Shown: in pieces, positions 31,220-40,308 of the stretch
Position numbering within the stretch: position 1 is the stretch's first letter
Layout of the letters: every line of letters starts with the position of its first letter
NCBI GenBank assembly: GCA_010014525.1
Contig: RZZT01000001.1
Location: 1-63,625, forward strand
DNA length: 63,625 nt
Origin: Candidatus Saccharimonadota bacterium
GTDB lineage: Bacteria > Patescibacteriota > Saccharimonadia > Saccharimonadales > Saccharimonadaceae
Reading direction: 5' to 3'
Notes under the pieces: generated by a model
What the model was told of the DNA's origin: nothing
What the model saw: the letters and a program-made list of their open reading frames with translations, nothing else
Databases searched by the model: none
Program-made: the position numbers and the translations under genes

Positions 31220-31831
31220 ATGAAAAATATTTTTAAAAGAGGGGACACTATCATAGAGGTAACATTGGCTGTTTCTATTTTTGCGATGCTAATGGTGAGC
31301 AGTTTGGCCCTAATGAACGCTGGCCTGTCTAGGTCGCAGGCGACAATGCAATTGACTATGGCGAGAAACACTATCGATGCCCAAGCCGAGGCTTTGCGTT
31401 TTATGAACGGGGCATTCATCTCTCAACATCCTCGACCGGTCGGGGAATTTACCGGTCCAGCTCGCGAGTGGCTAAATGCTACGTCCGCGTCTTTTACTTC
31501 AGCCAGCCAGCTGAATGAATGCCGCTCAGATTTTAATGCCACGAATATACTAGTCGTAGATACAGCAAATATGGTAGTTCGAAAATCTGGTAATGGCGCT
31601 AATTTTACTCGGGCTGAAACATATCCGAGGCTGTCATTCGGCGCAGACAGTAACACAATTTCTATGCCGTCTTCATATTCAGAAGCCCAAGGTGTTTGGA
31701 TTGAAGTAGTTCGCCCGAGTGATTCAAATGCTAAGTATTATGATTTTCATATTCGAGCTTGCTGGACACCATCAGGTAGCAATATTGAGACAACCCTAGG
31801 CACGATTGTGAGGCTGTATGATCCTAGATAA
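31220..31831 (+). CDS. Minor pilin-like protein (PilV-like)
   Basis: RG|DTIIEVTLAVSIF prepilin motif with Asp at +1. Confidence 0.85.
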   Translation: MKNIFKRGDTIIEVTLAVSIFAMLMVSSLALMNAGLSRSQATMQLTMARNTIDAQAEALRFMNGAFISQHPRPVGEFTGPAREWLNATSASFTSASQLNECRSDFNATNILVVDTANMVVRKSGNGANFTRAETYPRLSFGADSNTISMPSSYSEAQGVWIEVVRPSDSNAKYYDFHIRACWTPSGSNIETTLGTIVRLYDPR

Positions 31832-32573
31832 CAATTATAAACAAGGTTTTACGATAGTAGAATTGGCGCTTTCAATGTCTATAGTGTCGGTATTGTTGAT
31901 TGCAATTGTTACGATGTCGATACAAATGGGTAGAATCTATACCAAGGGCGCAACTATGCTTGATCTAAACGCAGCTAGCCGAACGATTAATGCCGATTTT
32001 ACAAGGTCGTTTAACTCGATCCCATCTATTGAGTGGAGCAACCCCCAAACCACTTTTGAAGCAAGTCAAAATTATGTAGTGCGCCCGAACACTTCTGAAT
32101 CACAGGCCGGTGCTTATTGTACTGGGAGTTTCAGTTATCTATGGAATACTGCGCGTATCCTGAACGCCCCAGAGTCCGGACGAACTGTGTCGGTGCGCTA
32201 TGATGGTGCAACTACATCTAGCACTGAGATCAAACTGATCAAAATTCTTGACTCATCTCGACAATACTGTGCTGATAGCACATTATGGACTAGAATTCCT
32301 AGAGGTGGTCAGGTTATAGACCTATTGCCCCAGACTGAATCAGGGTTGATGATTTATGATATTAGGTTCCACTCTAAAGAGGCCCTACATGACCAGAGCA
32401 CAAACCAGAGGATTATTAATATTAGTTACGTCTTGGGCACGAGTGATGCTAATCTAGGTTTGATAGATATGTCTAATATGAATTGTCGTCCACCATCTGA
32501 TATACAAGGGGCGGAAAGCTACTGCGCGATTAATAAGTTTGATCTAACTGTTAGAACTCTAGGCAGGAGATAG
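31818..32573 (+). CDS. Minor pilin-like protein (PilW-like)
   Basis: QG|FTIVELALSM prepilin motif. Confidence 0.85.
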   Translation: MILDNNYKQGFTIVELALSMSIVSVLLIAIVTMSIQMGRIYTKGATMLDLNAASRTINADFTRSFNSIPSIEWSNPQTTFEASQNYVVRPNTSESQAGAYCTGSFSYLWNTARILNAPESGRTVSVRYDGATTSSTEIKLIKILDSSRQYCADSTLWTRIPRGGQVIDLLPQTESGLMIYDIRFHSKEALHDQSTNQRIINISYVLGTSDANLGLIDMSNMNCRPPSDIQGAESYCAINKFDLTVRTLGRR

Positions 32574-32579
32574 GAACCT

Positions 32580-33725
32580 GTGCCAAAGAATAGAAAAAAA
32601 TCTTTTTACGGAGGTGGAGTGTCGATACTTGTTGTTGCTACGACCTTCTTGATGGTAGCAATTATAGTGACTAGTTTTATCCGGCTCGCTAATAGGGACA
32701 GCCAAATGGCTGCAAGTCAAGATTTGTCCCAATCAGCGTATGACTCAGCGCAGGCTGGTATTGAAGATGCAAAAAGAGCTCTATTACAATGGCAGGGAGC
32801 GTGCACTGAGTCGCCCCAGTCTAATGACTGTGCAAAATTCAAAACAGCGCTTCATCAAGGACTAGACTCGCAGTCGTGTAAGCTATTGAGCGAGATATTT
32901 GATATAGGTGATAGAAACGCTGATGAAACTCTTATCCAGAGCAGCGAAGGCGATAAAGAGTTTGACCAGGCTTATACTTGTGTGAAAATAAATACTGAGA
33001 CGAGTGATTATTTGGGCGAGTCGCCAGCAGGCTTTTCGAAATTAATCCCGTTAAAATCAACCGCCAATTTTGATAAGATTCGTGTTTCGTGGTTTAGTGA
33101 AAAAGATGCTGGGTCTAGTGATATGAGCCTCGACGATTATCCAAATAAAATGCTAAACGCGTTTCCGGAAAATTCTAACTGGCCGCAAAATAGACCTTCA
33201 GTCTCTCGAGCCCAATTTATTAATGGTGACGATTCCGGCGTGGTCTTCTTGTACCCTAGCGCAAATGCTGCGGTGAATTCGGAGTTTAATGGGATAAGTC
33301 CCGTTGTTCTACAGGCGAGTCACCAAATATTTGATAGTTCTGTATTATCTCCTGTGCGATGTGCGAAGTCTATTTCTGAAAGTGGATATTCCGGCTATGC
33401 TTGCTCGGTTATGATTTTGCTAGGCCGTAATATTGCGCCAGATTCCGGCAGTATATTGAACCTATCTTTTCAGTATGGACAGACCACAAATTACAAAGTT
33501 GAGATGATTAGCCCAGATAATACGGTTGTTAATTTTAAGGATGTTCAGCCAGTAATAGACTCTACTGGCAGGGCGAACGACCAATTCCGTAGGGTTCAAT
33601 CCAGAGTAGAATTAGATGGTGTTGACCAACCGGTGCCCGAGTTCGCAGTTTCGACGGATGGGAAATTCTGCAAAACGATGATTATTAGAGATAATACGGC
33701 TCAATCGACCGTTGGCTGCAGATAA
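32580..33725 (+). CDS. PilX-like minor pilin
   Basis: Basic N-terminus, hydrophobic helix lacking E5, AYDSAQAGIE (PilX N-terminal-like motif). Confidence 0.75.
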   Translation: MPKNRKKSFYGGGVSILVVATTFLMVAIIVTSFIRLANRDSQMAASQDLSQSAYDSAQAGIEDAKRALLQWQGACTESPQSNDCAKFKTALHQGLDSQSCKLLSEIFDIGDRNADETLIQSSEGDKEFDQAYTCVKINTETSDYLGESPAGFSKLIPLKSTANFDKIRVSWFSEKDAGSSDMSLDDYPNKMLNAFPENSNWPQNRPSVSRAQFINGDDSGVVFLYPSANAAVNSEFNGISPVVLQASHQIFDSSVLSPVRCAKSISESGYSGYACSVMILLGRNIAPDSGSILNLSFQYGQTTNYKVEMISPDNTVVNFKDVQPVIDSTGRANDQFRRVQSRVELDGVDQPVPEFAVSTDGKFCKTMIIRDNTAQSTVGCR

Positions 33726-33726
33726 T

Positions 33727-34641
33727 TTACGTTTCGCTGTGAAATTTATCATGGACTTCTTTGAGATGAGAATCCGTAATGTGAGTATAAACCTGGGTGG
33801 TGCTAATGCTGGCATGCCCTAACATTGATTGTACAGACCGCAAATCCGCGCCGTTCATCAATAAATCGGTAGCGAAACTGTGCCGCATCGTGTGCGGACT
33901 GACATGTTTTGTAATGCCCGCCAGTTTTGCGTATTTGTCAATAATTCTTTGTATGGACCGGGCTGATAGTCGCTTATAACTTCCGTCATTAGTAGGTCTG
34001 GTATTCCGACGGCTGTAATTTATAAAGAGCGGTACTAAATTATCTTGTCTGGCGCTGAGATAGTTTTTGATTTGTTCAGACGCATTTTTACTGATAAAAA
34101 TCGGTCGATCCTTTTTTCCTTTCCCGCGCACCATAAACTCACGGCGCTCGGTATTCACATCGTCTCGATTTAACTTCACTAATTCCGAAACGCGTAACCC
34201 TCCAGAAAAAAGAAGCTCAATAATCGCTCGGTCGCGCAGGTCGCTCTCCTTGTCTCCAGAAATCGCTTCAAGCATCCGTTCTATTTCATCATAATATAAA
34301 AAAGTTACCTCTGAACGGCTAGTTTTTGGCAGCTCAATTTTACTAGGGTCTAGACTCTCAACATCGCGTTTAGACAGGTAAACTAGTAATCTTCGTAGTG
34401 CAATCAAGTGGTAGCTTTGAGTAGTGGTGCCGAGCTCTTGACCCTGATCGTTCTCATAACGATTGAGCCAAAGACGATACTTTCGGACGGTCTCACTTTT
34501 TATGTCATTAACTTTTATGTCGTCAGCGAATTCAACAAATCTTTCTAGATAAAGTCTATAATTATCAGCTGTTGACTTAGAGCGTCCGCCTTCAATCTCT
34601 ACAGACTCAATAAAATCACCGATTGCTTCAGATAGATACAT
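33727..34641 (-). CDS. Tyrosine recombinase, XerC/XerD family
   Basis: RDRAIIELLFSGGLRVSEL, GKGKK, HTMRHSFAT and LGHASISTTQVY catalytic residues. Confidence 0.93.
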   Translation of the reverse strand: MYLSEAIGDFIESVEIEGGRSKSTADNYRLYLERFVEFADDIKVNDIKSETVRKYRLWLNRYENDQGQELGTTTQSYHLIALRRLLVYLSKRDVESLDPSKIELPKTSRSEVTFLYYDEIERMLEAISGDKESDLRDRAIIELLFSGGLRVSELVKLNRDDVNTERREFMVRGKGKKDRPIFISKNASEQIKNYLSARQDNLVPLFINYSRRNTRPTNDGSYKRLSARSIQRIIDKYAKLAGITKHVSPHTMRHSFATDLLMNGADLRSVQSMLGHASISTTQVYTHITDSHLKEVHDKFHSET

Positions 34642-34707
34642 GGTATTAGTATACCAGTTTTTGGTAAAAAGTGCTATAATCTAACCATAAAGGAGCAGAG
34701 GAGAGCT

Positions 34708-35214
34708 ATGGACAATAAAATTGAACGAACCCTTGTATTGTTTAAACCAGATGCTGTGCAGCGGGGGATTGTGGGTGAAATCTTAACCAGATTTGAGAGG
34801 GTTGGCCTAAAAATTGTTGGTACTAAAATGATTTTTCCGGACAAGAGCCATTATCATAGACATTACGAAGAAATCGGGAAGATGGTAACTCGTCGCGGCG
34901 AAAAGGCTTTTGACATGACACTTAACTTTATGACACAAGGTCCAGTTATTGCCATGGTGCTCGAGGGTATCGAGTCTGTTGAGCTAGTCCGTAAGATAGT
35001 AGGCGGTACTGAACCGAAAACTGCTATACCAGGCACAATTCGTGGCGATTATTCCCATATGAGTTTTGGGTATGCTGACGAACGATCTGTCGGGATCCCT
35101 AATTTGATCCATGCTTCTGGCGATAGCCGCGAAGCCAAAGAAGAAATTAGACATTGGTTTAAAACATCTGAACTATACGATTATCCAGTGGCACACGAAA
35201 AATTCACTCGCTAA
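34708..35214 (+). CDS. ndk: Nucleoside diphosphate kinase
   Basis: ERTLVLFKPDAVQRG, PGTIRGD and NLIHAS. Confidence 0.96.
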   Translation: MDNKIERTLVLFKPDAVQRGIVGEILTRFERVGLKIVGTKMIFPDKSHYHRHYEEIGKMVTRRGEKAFDMTLNFMTQGPVIAMVLEGIESVELVRKIVGGTEPKTAIPGTIRGDYSHMSFGYADERSVGIPNLIHASGDSREAKEEIRHWFKTSELYDYPVAHEKFTR

Positions 35215-35244
35215 AATGCTTAAAATCTGGTAAAATATAATTAG

Positions 35245-35321
35245 GCCTCGGTAGCTCAACTGGATAGAGCAGTTCCGTCCTAAGGAAAAGGTTATAGGTT
35301 CGACTCCTATCCGGGGTACCA
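35245..35321 (+). tRNA. tRNA-Arg(CCT)
   Basis: Cloverleaf; anticodon loop GTCCTAA; GGTTCGACTCC; CCA. Confidence 0.95.
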
Positions 35322-35332
35322 AATTATATATT

Positions 35333-35854
35333 ATGATTACTAACTCAGATACTCAAGAAAAAATGTTTTCGGGTCAAAGAGACAACGAAGAGTTTATTTT
35401 TATGTTCAGGCGTCATATTATCTCTATGCGAAAGGGGTTTTACGGCTTGCTGATAATTTTCGCTTTAAGCTGTATACCAACTTTTATATTCTTGACTTAT
35501 GATATGCTACTGATTGCACTTGGCGGTTTTGTCCTAGGCCTAGTTTTCTTTATGTACCACTTTATGATTTGGTATTTTTCTGTCTACATAGTAACCGACC
35601 AGAGGATTCGTCAGATTTCCCAAGAGGGCCTATTTAAAAAAAATGTTATTGACTTACCACTGAATAAAGTACAGAGTGTAAACTATATTATTCCGGGTTT
35701 TTGGGCTGATATTTTTAAGTTTGGGGTTCTAAATATCCAGACAATTGTCGGCGACTTGACCATAAAAAATGTAGAGAAACCAGAAGAGACATATGACCGA
35801 TTGCAAAATGCGTTAAATTTAAGCGAAGAAAGAGAAGATGAAGAACATAATTAA
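35333..35854 (+). CDS. Membrane protein with bacterial PH domain
   Basis: Two TM helices, then YIVTDQRI...GLF...LPLNKVQSV...FG pattern. Confidence 0.8.
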   Translation: MITNSDTQEKMFSGQRDNEEFIFMFRRHIISMRKGFYGLLIIFALSCIPTFIFLTYDMLLIALGGFVLGLVFFMYHFMIWYFSVYIVTDQRIRQISQEGLFKKNVIDLPLNKVQSVNYIIPGFWADIFKFGVLNIQTIVGDLTIKNVEKPEETYDRLQNALNLSEEREDEEHN

Positions 35855-36893
35855 ACTAAAGAAAAAACAAAATGTGGCGCTTGTTCCAGCTGACCGGATT
35901 ACTAATACGACCGTAGAAGCCCGTCGCCAAGAAATTCTTGAGAAGGGTCGCAAGTTTAAATATCCAGTGCAGTATAGCAAACATAAATTGGTTATTAATG
36001 CGATTGTTATTTCTACTATTGCTGCAGCCATAGGTGCTATTGCTCTGTGGTATCAGCTATACAAGGTCCAAAATACCGGAATCTTCATTTACCGGGTCTC
36101 TTTATTCGCCCCCGTTTCTGTGGCTGATATAGACGGCGAGAAGGCTCTTTACGGTGATTATCTGGCTCAATACAGAAGTAATATCTCTGTGACAGAAAAG
36201 CAAGAGGGTCCTCTGGCGAGCGAAGAAGATGAAAAACGCCGTTCAGATTATTATAAACGTCAATCAATGGATAATATTATCGCTAACACATTTGCTATAA
36301 AATTAGCGAAAGAATATAGTATTTCTGTCTCCGATGAAGAAATCGAGGAGGTATTCAATGAACACCGTAAAACTAGCAATTCTGAGATATCTGAAAGTGC
36401 TTTTAATAAAATTATAGAAGATAATTATGGGCTATCGCCGAGAGAATACCGTCGTATGTTTATTGAGTTGCCTTTGCTCCGTAAAAAAGTTACCGCGCAC
36501 ATAGATGGTAATGCAAAGCAGCTTCAGTCTGAGGTCGTGGCTAAACTAAAGGCCAATGATAATGATTTTGCGAAAACTGCTGACCAGTTTGGGGGCAGAG
36601 TAGAAATGAGCGCACCTGGCTTTGTAAAATTGACTAATATTGACGGTGGGAGAACTCAGATCGCCGCAACTTTGTCTAAGGGACAGGTTTCAAAACCGTT
36701 CATATCTCGGGCGAGCGACGGCTATTATATTGTGAAGCTACTAGATAAAAAAGACGACGAAGTAAGCTACGCCTACATTAAAATTCCGTTTACTGAGTTT
36801 AACAAGCATCTAGAATCGATTAAGTCTGAGGGAAAAATCAAAGAATATATTTCTGTACCAGAGGTATCTCAGTTTGAAGATACCGCCCCTTAA
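35838..36893 (+). CDS. SurA/PrsA-like membrane-anchored chaperone
   Basis: TM helix, VADIDGE, ISVSDEEI, GQVSKP and GYYIVK (degenerate parvulin). Confidence 0.75.
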   Translation: MKNIIKLKKKQNVALVPADRITNTTVEARRQEILEKGRKFKYPVQYSKHKLVINAIVISTIAAAIGAIALWYQLYKVQNTGIFIYRVSLFAPVSVADIDGEKALYGDYLAQYRSNISVTEKQEGPLASEEDEKRRSDYYKRQSMDNIIANTFAIKLAKEYSISVSDEEIEEVFNEHRKTSNSEISESAFNKIIEDNYGLSPREYRRMFIELPLLRKKVTAHIDGNAKQLQSEVVAKLKANDNDFAKTADQFGGRVEMSAPGFVKLTNIDGGRTQIAATLSKGQVSKPFISRASDGYYIVKLLDKKDDEVSYAYIKIPFTEFNKHLESIKSEGKIKEYISVPEVSQFEDTAP

Positions 36894-36906
36894 TCTATCG
36901 CAACAA

Positions 36907-36936
36907 AATACACCAGATATAAAATCTGGTGTATTT
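36907..36936. terminator. Bidirectional terminator between the SurA-like gene and tRNA-Asp
   Basis: AAATACACCAGAT-ATAAA-ATCTGGTGTATTT inverted repeat. Confidence 0.75.
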
Positions 36937-36951
36937 ATATAACGTCTTGTT

Positions 36952-37029
36952 TGGCGGGCCCGACCGGATTCGAACCGGCGATCTCCTCCGTGACAGGGAG
37001 GCGTACTAGGCCAGCTGTACCACGAGCCC
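36952..37029 (-). tRNA. tRNA-Asp(GTC)
   Basis: Reverse-complement cloverleaf; CCTCC-CTGTCAC-GGAGG; CCA. Confidence 0.96.
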
Positions 37030-37133
37030 TCACTAAGACTATTGCTATTTTATCAGATAATTTGCGATATTTCAAGTGGTTTTTGTTTTATTTTCAATTT
37101 ACATTGTGCTATAATCTAAAGAGATAAGAGTAC

Positions 37134-37209
37134 GCCGATGTAGCTCAGTTGGTAGAGCGGCGCTTTCGTAAAGCGTAGGTCAGCGGTTCAAGCCCGCTCA
37201 TCGGCTCCA
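37134..37209 (+). tRNA. tRNA-Thr(CGT)
   Basis: Cloverleaf; CGCT-TTCGTAA-AGCG; discriminator T, then CCA. Confidence 0.96.
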
Positions 37210-37275
37210 AATTAGATTGTCAGAAGTTGTTATTGGACCTTAAATTTGGTATAATTTATCTAGGTAGAACTATAT

Positions 37276-37650
37276 ATGAAGAATAATTTTAAAGAGACCG
37301 CGACAACTATCATAAAAGATCGTCCTGTTTTGCTATGTATGATTATAATGTTCATTGCGGGCATTAGCTTTTTCTTATTCGCCGCTCCGAATATTGAGGT
37401 TTTTGACCACCTTATCTATAATCGGTACACTATTTACGGCTCGGAGCATTATTATCGTGACAGATGGACTTATCGGGTTGCAGTGGCTTTGTTTGGCGTG
37501 TTAATTGCGTTTGGGCACAATGCAATAGCCATTAAATTATACAAAACTAAGAATCGATCAAGCATCTTTATCCTAACTCTATTTACTACGATAGTTACGA
37601 TACTAGGATTTATGATCATGGCTAGTGTGTTGCGGGAGATTCCTAACTAG
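37276..37650 (+). CDS. Hypothetical membrane protein
   Basis: Three hydrophobic helices. Confidence 0.75.
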   Translation: MKNNFKETATTIIKDRPVLLCMIIMFIAGISFFLFAAPNIEVFDHLIYNRYTIYGSEHYYRDRWTYRVAVALFGVLIAFGHNAIAIKLYKTKNRSSIFILTLFTTIVTILGFMIMASVLREIPN

Positions 37651-37654
37651 GTTT

Positions 37655-39301
37655 ATGGATCAGAAAAATCTAGAAATACCCGAGGGCAAGCGGACCCCGT
37701 TTTATCGCTTTTTTGAGATTTTGCCAGCAGTGTTCAGTTACGGTGCACTAATATTGATGGTCGCATTGTCTATTGTATCGCCTTTTTGGGCTTCAATATA
37801 TCTACTGACTATAGTAGCCACTCTGTTGATTAAAGCAATTAGCATGGCGTTTAGAATTATAATGGGACACAAAAATCTTGCCAGAGCTACTAAACTGAAC
37901 TGGGATAGAATGCTAAATCATCTTCAAAATCCAAATGAAAGTTACGCCAAACTCAAAACTATGCCAGAGACTAACTACAAATCTGCGGAGCATCTTGAAA
38001 ATCTGCGCTTGATTTCAGCGGCTGAAGATGGATTTTTTCCGCGTCCAGACGAAATTTATAATGCAGTTATTATCGCCGCGTATAACGAATCATATGAGAT
38101 AATCAGGCCGACCATCCAATCTCTTGCTGACGTTACTTATGACACCAACCATCTAATAATATTTTTAGCGTACGAGGAGAGGGGTGGAGAAGCCATCCAG
38201 AAAACTGCTCAAAGGCTCCAAAAAGAATTTAAGGGCGTTTTTAAAGATTTCCAGATTGTTAAGCACCCTGAAAATCTGCCGCACGAAGTTATTGGCAAGG
38301 GTGGGAACATTACTTACGCCGGTAGAAAGCTAAAACAGTATTGTATAGATCAAGGCTTTGAATATAGCAAGCTTATCGTCACGACTCTAGACAGCGACAA
38401 TAAACCTCACAAAAAATATTTTTCAGCCGTTACTTACGAATATATCGTCAATGAAAACCGCAAACATTTGTCTTACCAGCCAGTCTCACTGTTTTTTAAT
38501 AACATTTGGGATGCGCCAGCCCCAATGCGAGTTATTGCTACTGGAAATTCATTTTGGAATATAGTTAGCTCTATGCGTCCGCACACCCTTAGGAACTTTG
38601 CCTCTCACTCTCAACCTATGGACGCTTTGGCTGAAATGGATTTTTGGAGTACCAGGACAATTGTTGAGGACGGCCATCAATTCTGGCGTAGCTATTTCTA
38701 TTTTGGGGGAGACTACTCGGTTCTGCCGATAGGGGTTCCGATCTATCAAGATGCGGTCTTGAGCGACACTGTAGAGAAGACTTTAAAGGCTCAATTCGTC
38801 CAACTCCGTAGATGGTCCTATGGCGCAAGCGATGTGCCGTACGTCGCCGAGCGTGTATTTACCGATAAACGAAATGTGCCACTGCTGGATGGTATTACGA
38901 AGTTTATCCGTCTGTTGGGCGGTCACGTTTCGCTTGCATTCCAAGCAATTATCGCTGCTTTCGGTGGCTGGATACCGATGATAGTTAACTCTTCGGCGCA
39001 AAGGAGTATCGTTGCTCACCAACTTCCAATCATTGTCAGCTATGTGCAGCAGGTGGCTGCCTTAGGTCTATTTGTGACTATTTTCTTGAGTCTTAAAATG
39101 CTACCGCCTCGCCCAGCTCGGTATAAAAAGAGCAAAAACCTGCTTATGGTTTTTCAGTGGATATTAATGCCTGTTACTTCAATCTGTTATAGTTCTTTTG
39201 CTGCATATTATGCACAGACGAGGTTAGCGCTAGGGAAATATCTAGATAAGTTCGATGTTACGGAAAAAACCGTAGTTGTAGATAAAGACAAAAAGACGTA
39301 A
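37655..39301 (+). CDS. Membrane glycosyltransferase, family 2 (processive type)
   Basis: AAYNE, GKGGN, TLDSD (DxD), VEDG and QLRRW (QxxRW) with flanking TM helices. Confidence 0.9.
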   Translation: MDQKNLEIPEGKRTPFYRFFEILPAVFSYGALILMVALSIVSPFWASIYLLTIVATLLIKAISMAFRIIMGHKNLARATKLNWDRMLNHLQNPNESYAKLKTMPETNYKSAEHLENLRLISAAEDGFFPRPDEIYNAVIIAAYNESYEIIRPTIQSLADVTYDTNHLIIFLAYEERGGEAIQKTAQRLQKEFKGVFKDFQIVKHPENLPHEVIGKGGNITYAGRKLKQYCIDQGFEYSKLIVTTLDSDNKPHKKYFSAVTYEYIVNENRKHLSYQPVSLFFNNIWDAPAPMRVIATGNSFWNIVSSMRPHTLRNFASHSQPMDALAEMDFWSTRTIVEDGHQFWRSYFYFGGDYSVLPIGVPIYQDAVLSDTVEKTLKAQFVQLRRWSYGASDVPYVAERVFTDKRNVPLLDGITKFIRLLGGHVSLAFQAIIAAFGGWIPMIVNSSAQRSIVAHQLPIIVSYVQQVAALGLFVTIFLSLKMLPPRPARYKKSKNLLMVFQWILMPVTSICYSSFAAYYAQTRLALGKYLDKFDVTEKTVVVDKDKKT

Positions 39302-39460
39302 TATTTATATAATATTTCTCGTGAAAAGCAAAATAGAATTATATAATTAATATATCACCAGGTGAATATACGAATTCGAATAACTAGAATTGGCCTGTGC
39401 AAAAACTTAATATTTTGGTGTAAAAATAAAATCTCATCTGTTTTCAGATGAGATTTTATA

Positions 39461-39805
39461 TTACCTATTGTCGCCAGACCCATGCAATTTATTATCTTCT
39501 AAACGTTTAGACAACTTTTTTATATTCATATCGGCGACTGTTTGGAAGTCTGCTCCCAGGTAGCGGGTTATCGTGGCTATATACCACAGCACATCGCCTA
39601 GCTCTTTCAATATTTCAAGCTTATCTTCTTCTGAGATTTCACCAGCTTTATCGCGCAAAATTTTCTTAAATTTCTCGGCCGTTTCGCCAGCCTCTCCGAC
39701 CAACCCTAATACCTTAGCCATAAAAGCGGGGTCGCTAGCTTTATATTTTTCTTGTGCGAACAAGTCGAACTGTTCAGCGTATTCTTGATATTGATTAAAA
39801 TTCAT
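39461..39805 (-). CDS. MazG-like nucleotide pyrophosphohydrolase
   Basis: LGLVGEAGETAEKFKK, KELGDVLWY, NIKKL and GSGDNR. Confidence 0.9.
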   Translation of the reverse strand: MNFNQYQEYAEQFDLFAQEKYKASDPAFMAKVLGLVGEAGETAEKFKKILRDKAGEISEEDKLEILKELGDVLWYIATITRYLGADFQTVADMNIKKLSKRLEDNKLHGSGDNR

Positions 39806-39940
39806 GTATTCTCCTATTTATTATATTTTATCATATTTAGGGTTGGCTACTGATAATTTATGAACCCGTTGCCAATGCAGCTGTTCGGTTAGATAGCTAA
39901 ATAAAATACGAGAGACTAAAATCTCTCGTATTATAATGCC

Positions 39941-40017
39941 TGGTGGACGATAGAGGACTCGAACCTCTGACCCTCACAACGTCAATGTGATGCTCTAGCC
40001 AACTGAGCTAATCGTCC
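39941..40017 (-). tRNA. tRNA-Val(GAC)
   Basis: Reverse-complement cloverleaf; TCACA-TTGACGT-TGTGA; CCA. Confidence 0.96.
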
Positions 40018-40063
40018 AGGTAGCTTGATTATACCAAATATGCGAGCAAAATTCAATCAGTTA

Positions 40064-40092
40064 TTGACATATCGCACAAAAAACTATAAAAT
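40064..40092 (+). promoter_or_regulatory. sigma70 promoter of thrS leader
   Basis: TTGACA-17 nt-TAAAAT. Confidence 0.8.
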
Positions 40093-40099
40093 CTTAGTA

Positions 40100-40288
40100 G
40101 GTGATGATTTGGCCTAACTACCCGATGAGCCTCGCTTATAGTTTTGGGCGTAAACAAGACAGAAGAGGGCGCCCCAGCTTAAAAGCTAGAAGCGAAGTCC
40201 GGTGGAACCGCCGAAATTAGATAATTTTGGTCCGAGACGCGTGATAATTCAATTTGTTGTATACGAATTTGATTATGGCGCGTTTTTT
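40100..40288 (+). promoter_or_regulatory. T-box riboswitch (Thr) upstream of thrS
   Basis: T-box GGTGGAACCGC; antiterminator CGG/CCG and GCC/GGT helices around the TGGAACC bulge; terminator hairpin with T-tract. Confidence 0.85.
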
Positions 40289-40308
40289 GTTTAATAAAAG
40301 GAGGAAAT

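Noticed and set aside
33727-34641. Tyrosine recombinase as an integrase of a mobile element
   Set aside because: Looks like a housekeeping Xer enzyme; no att repeats or cargo genes seen
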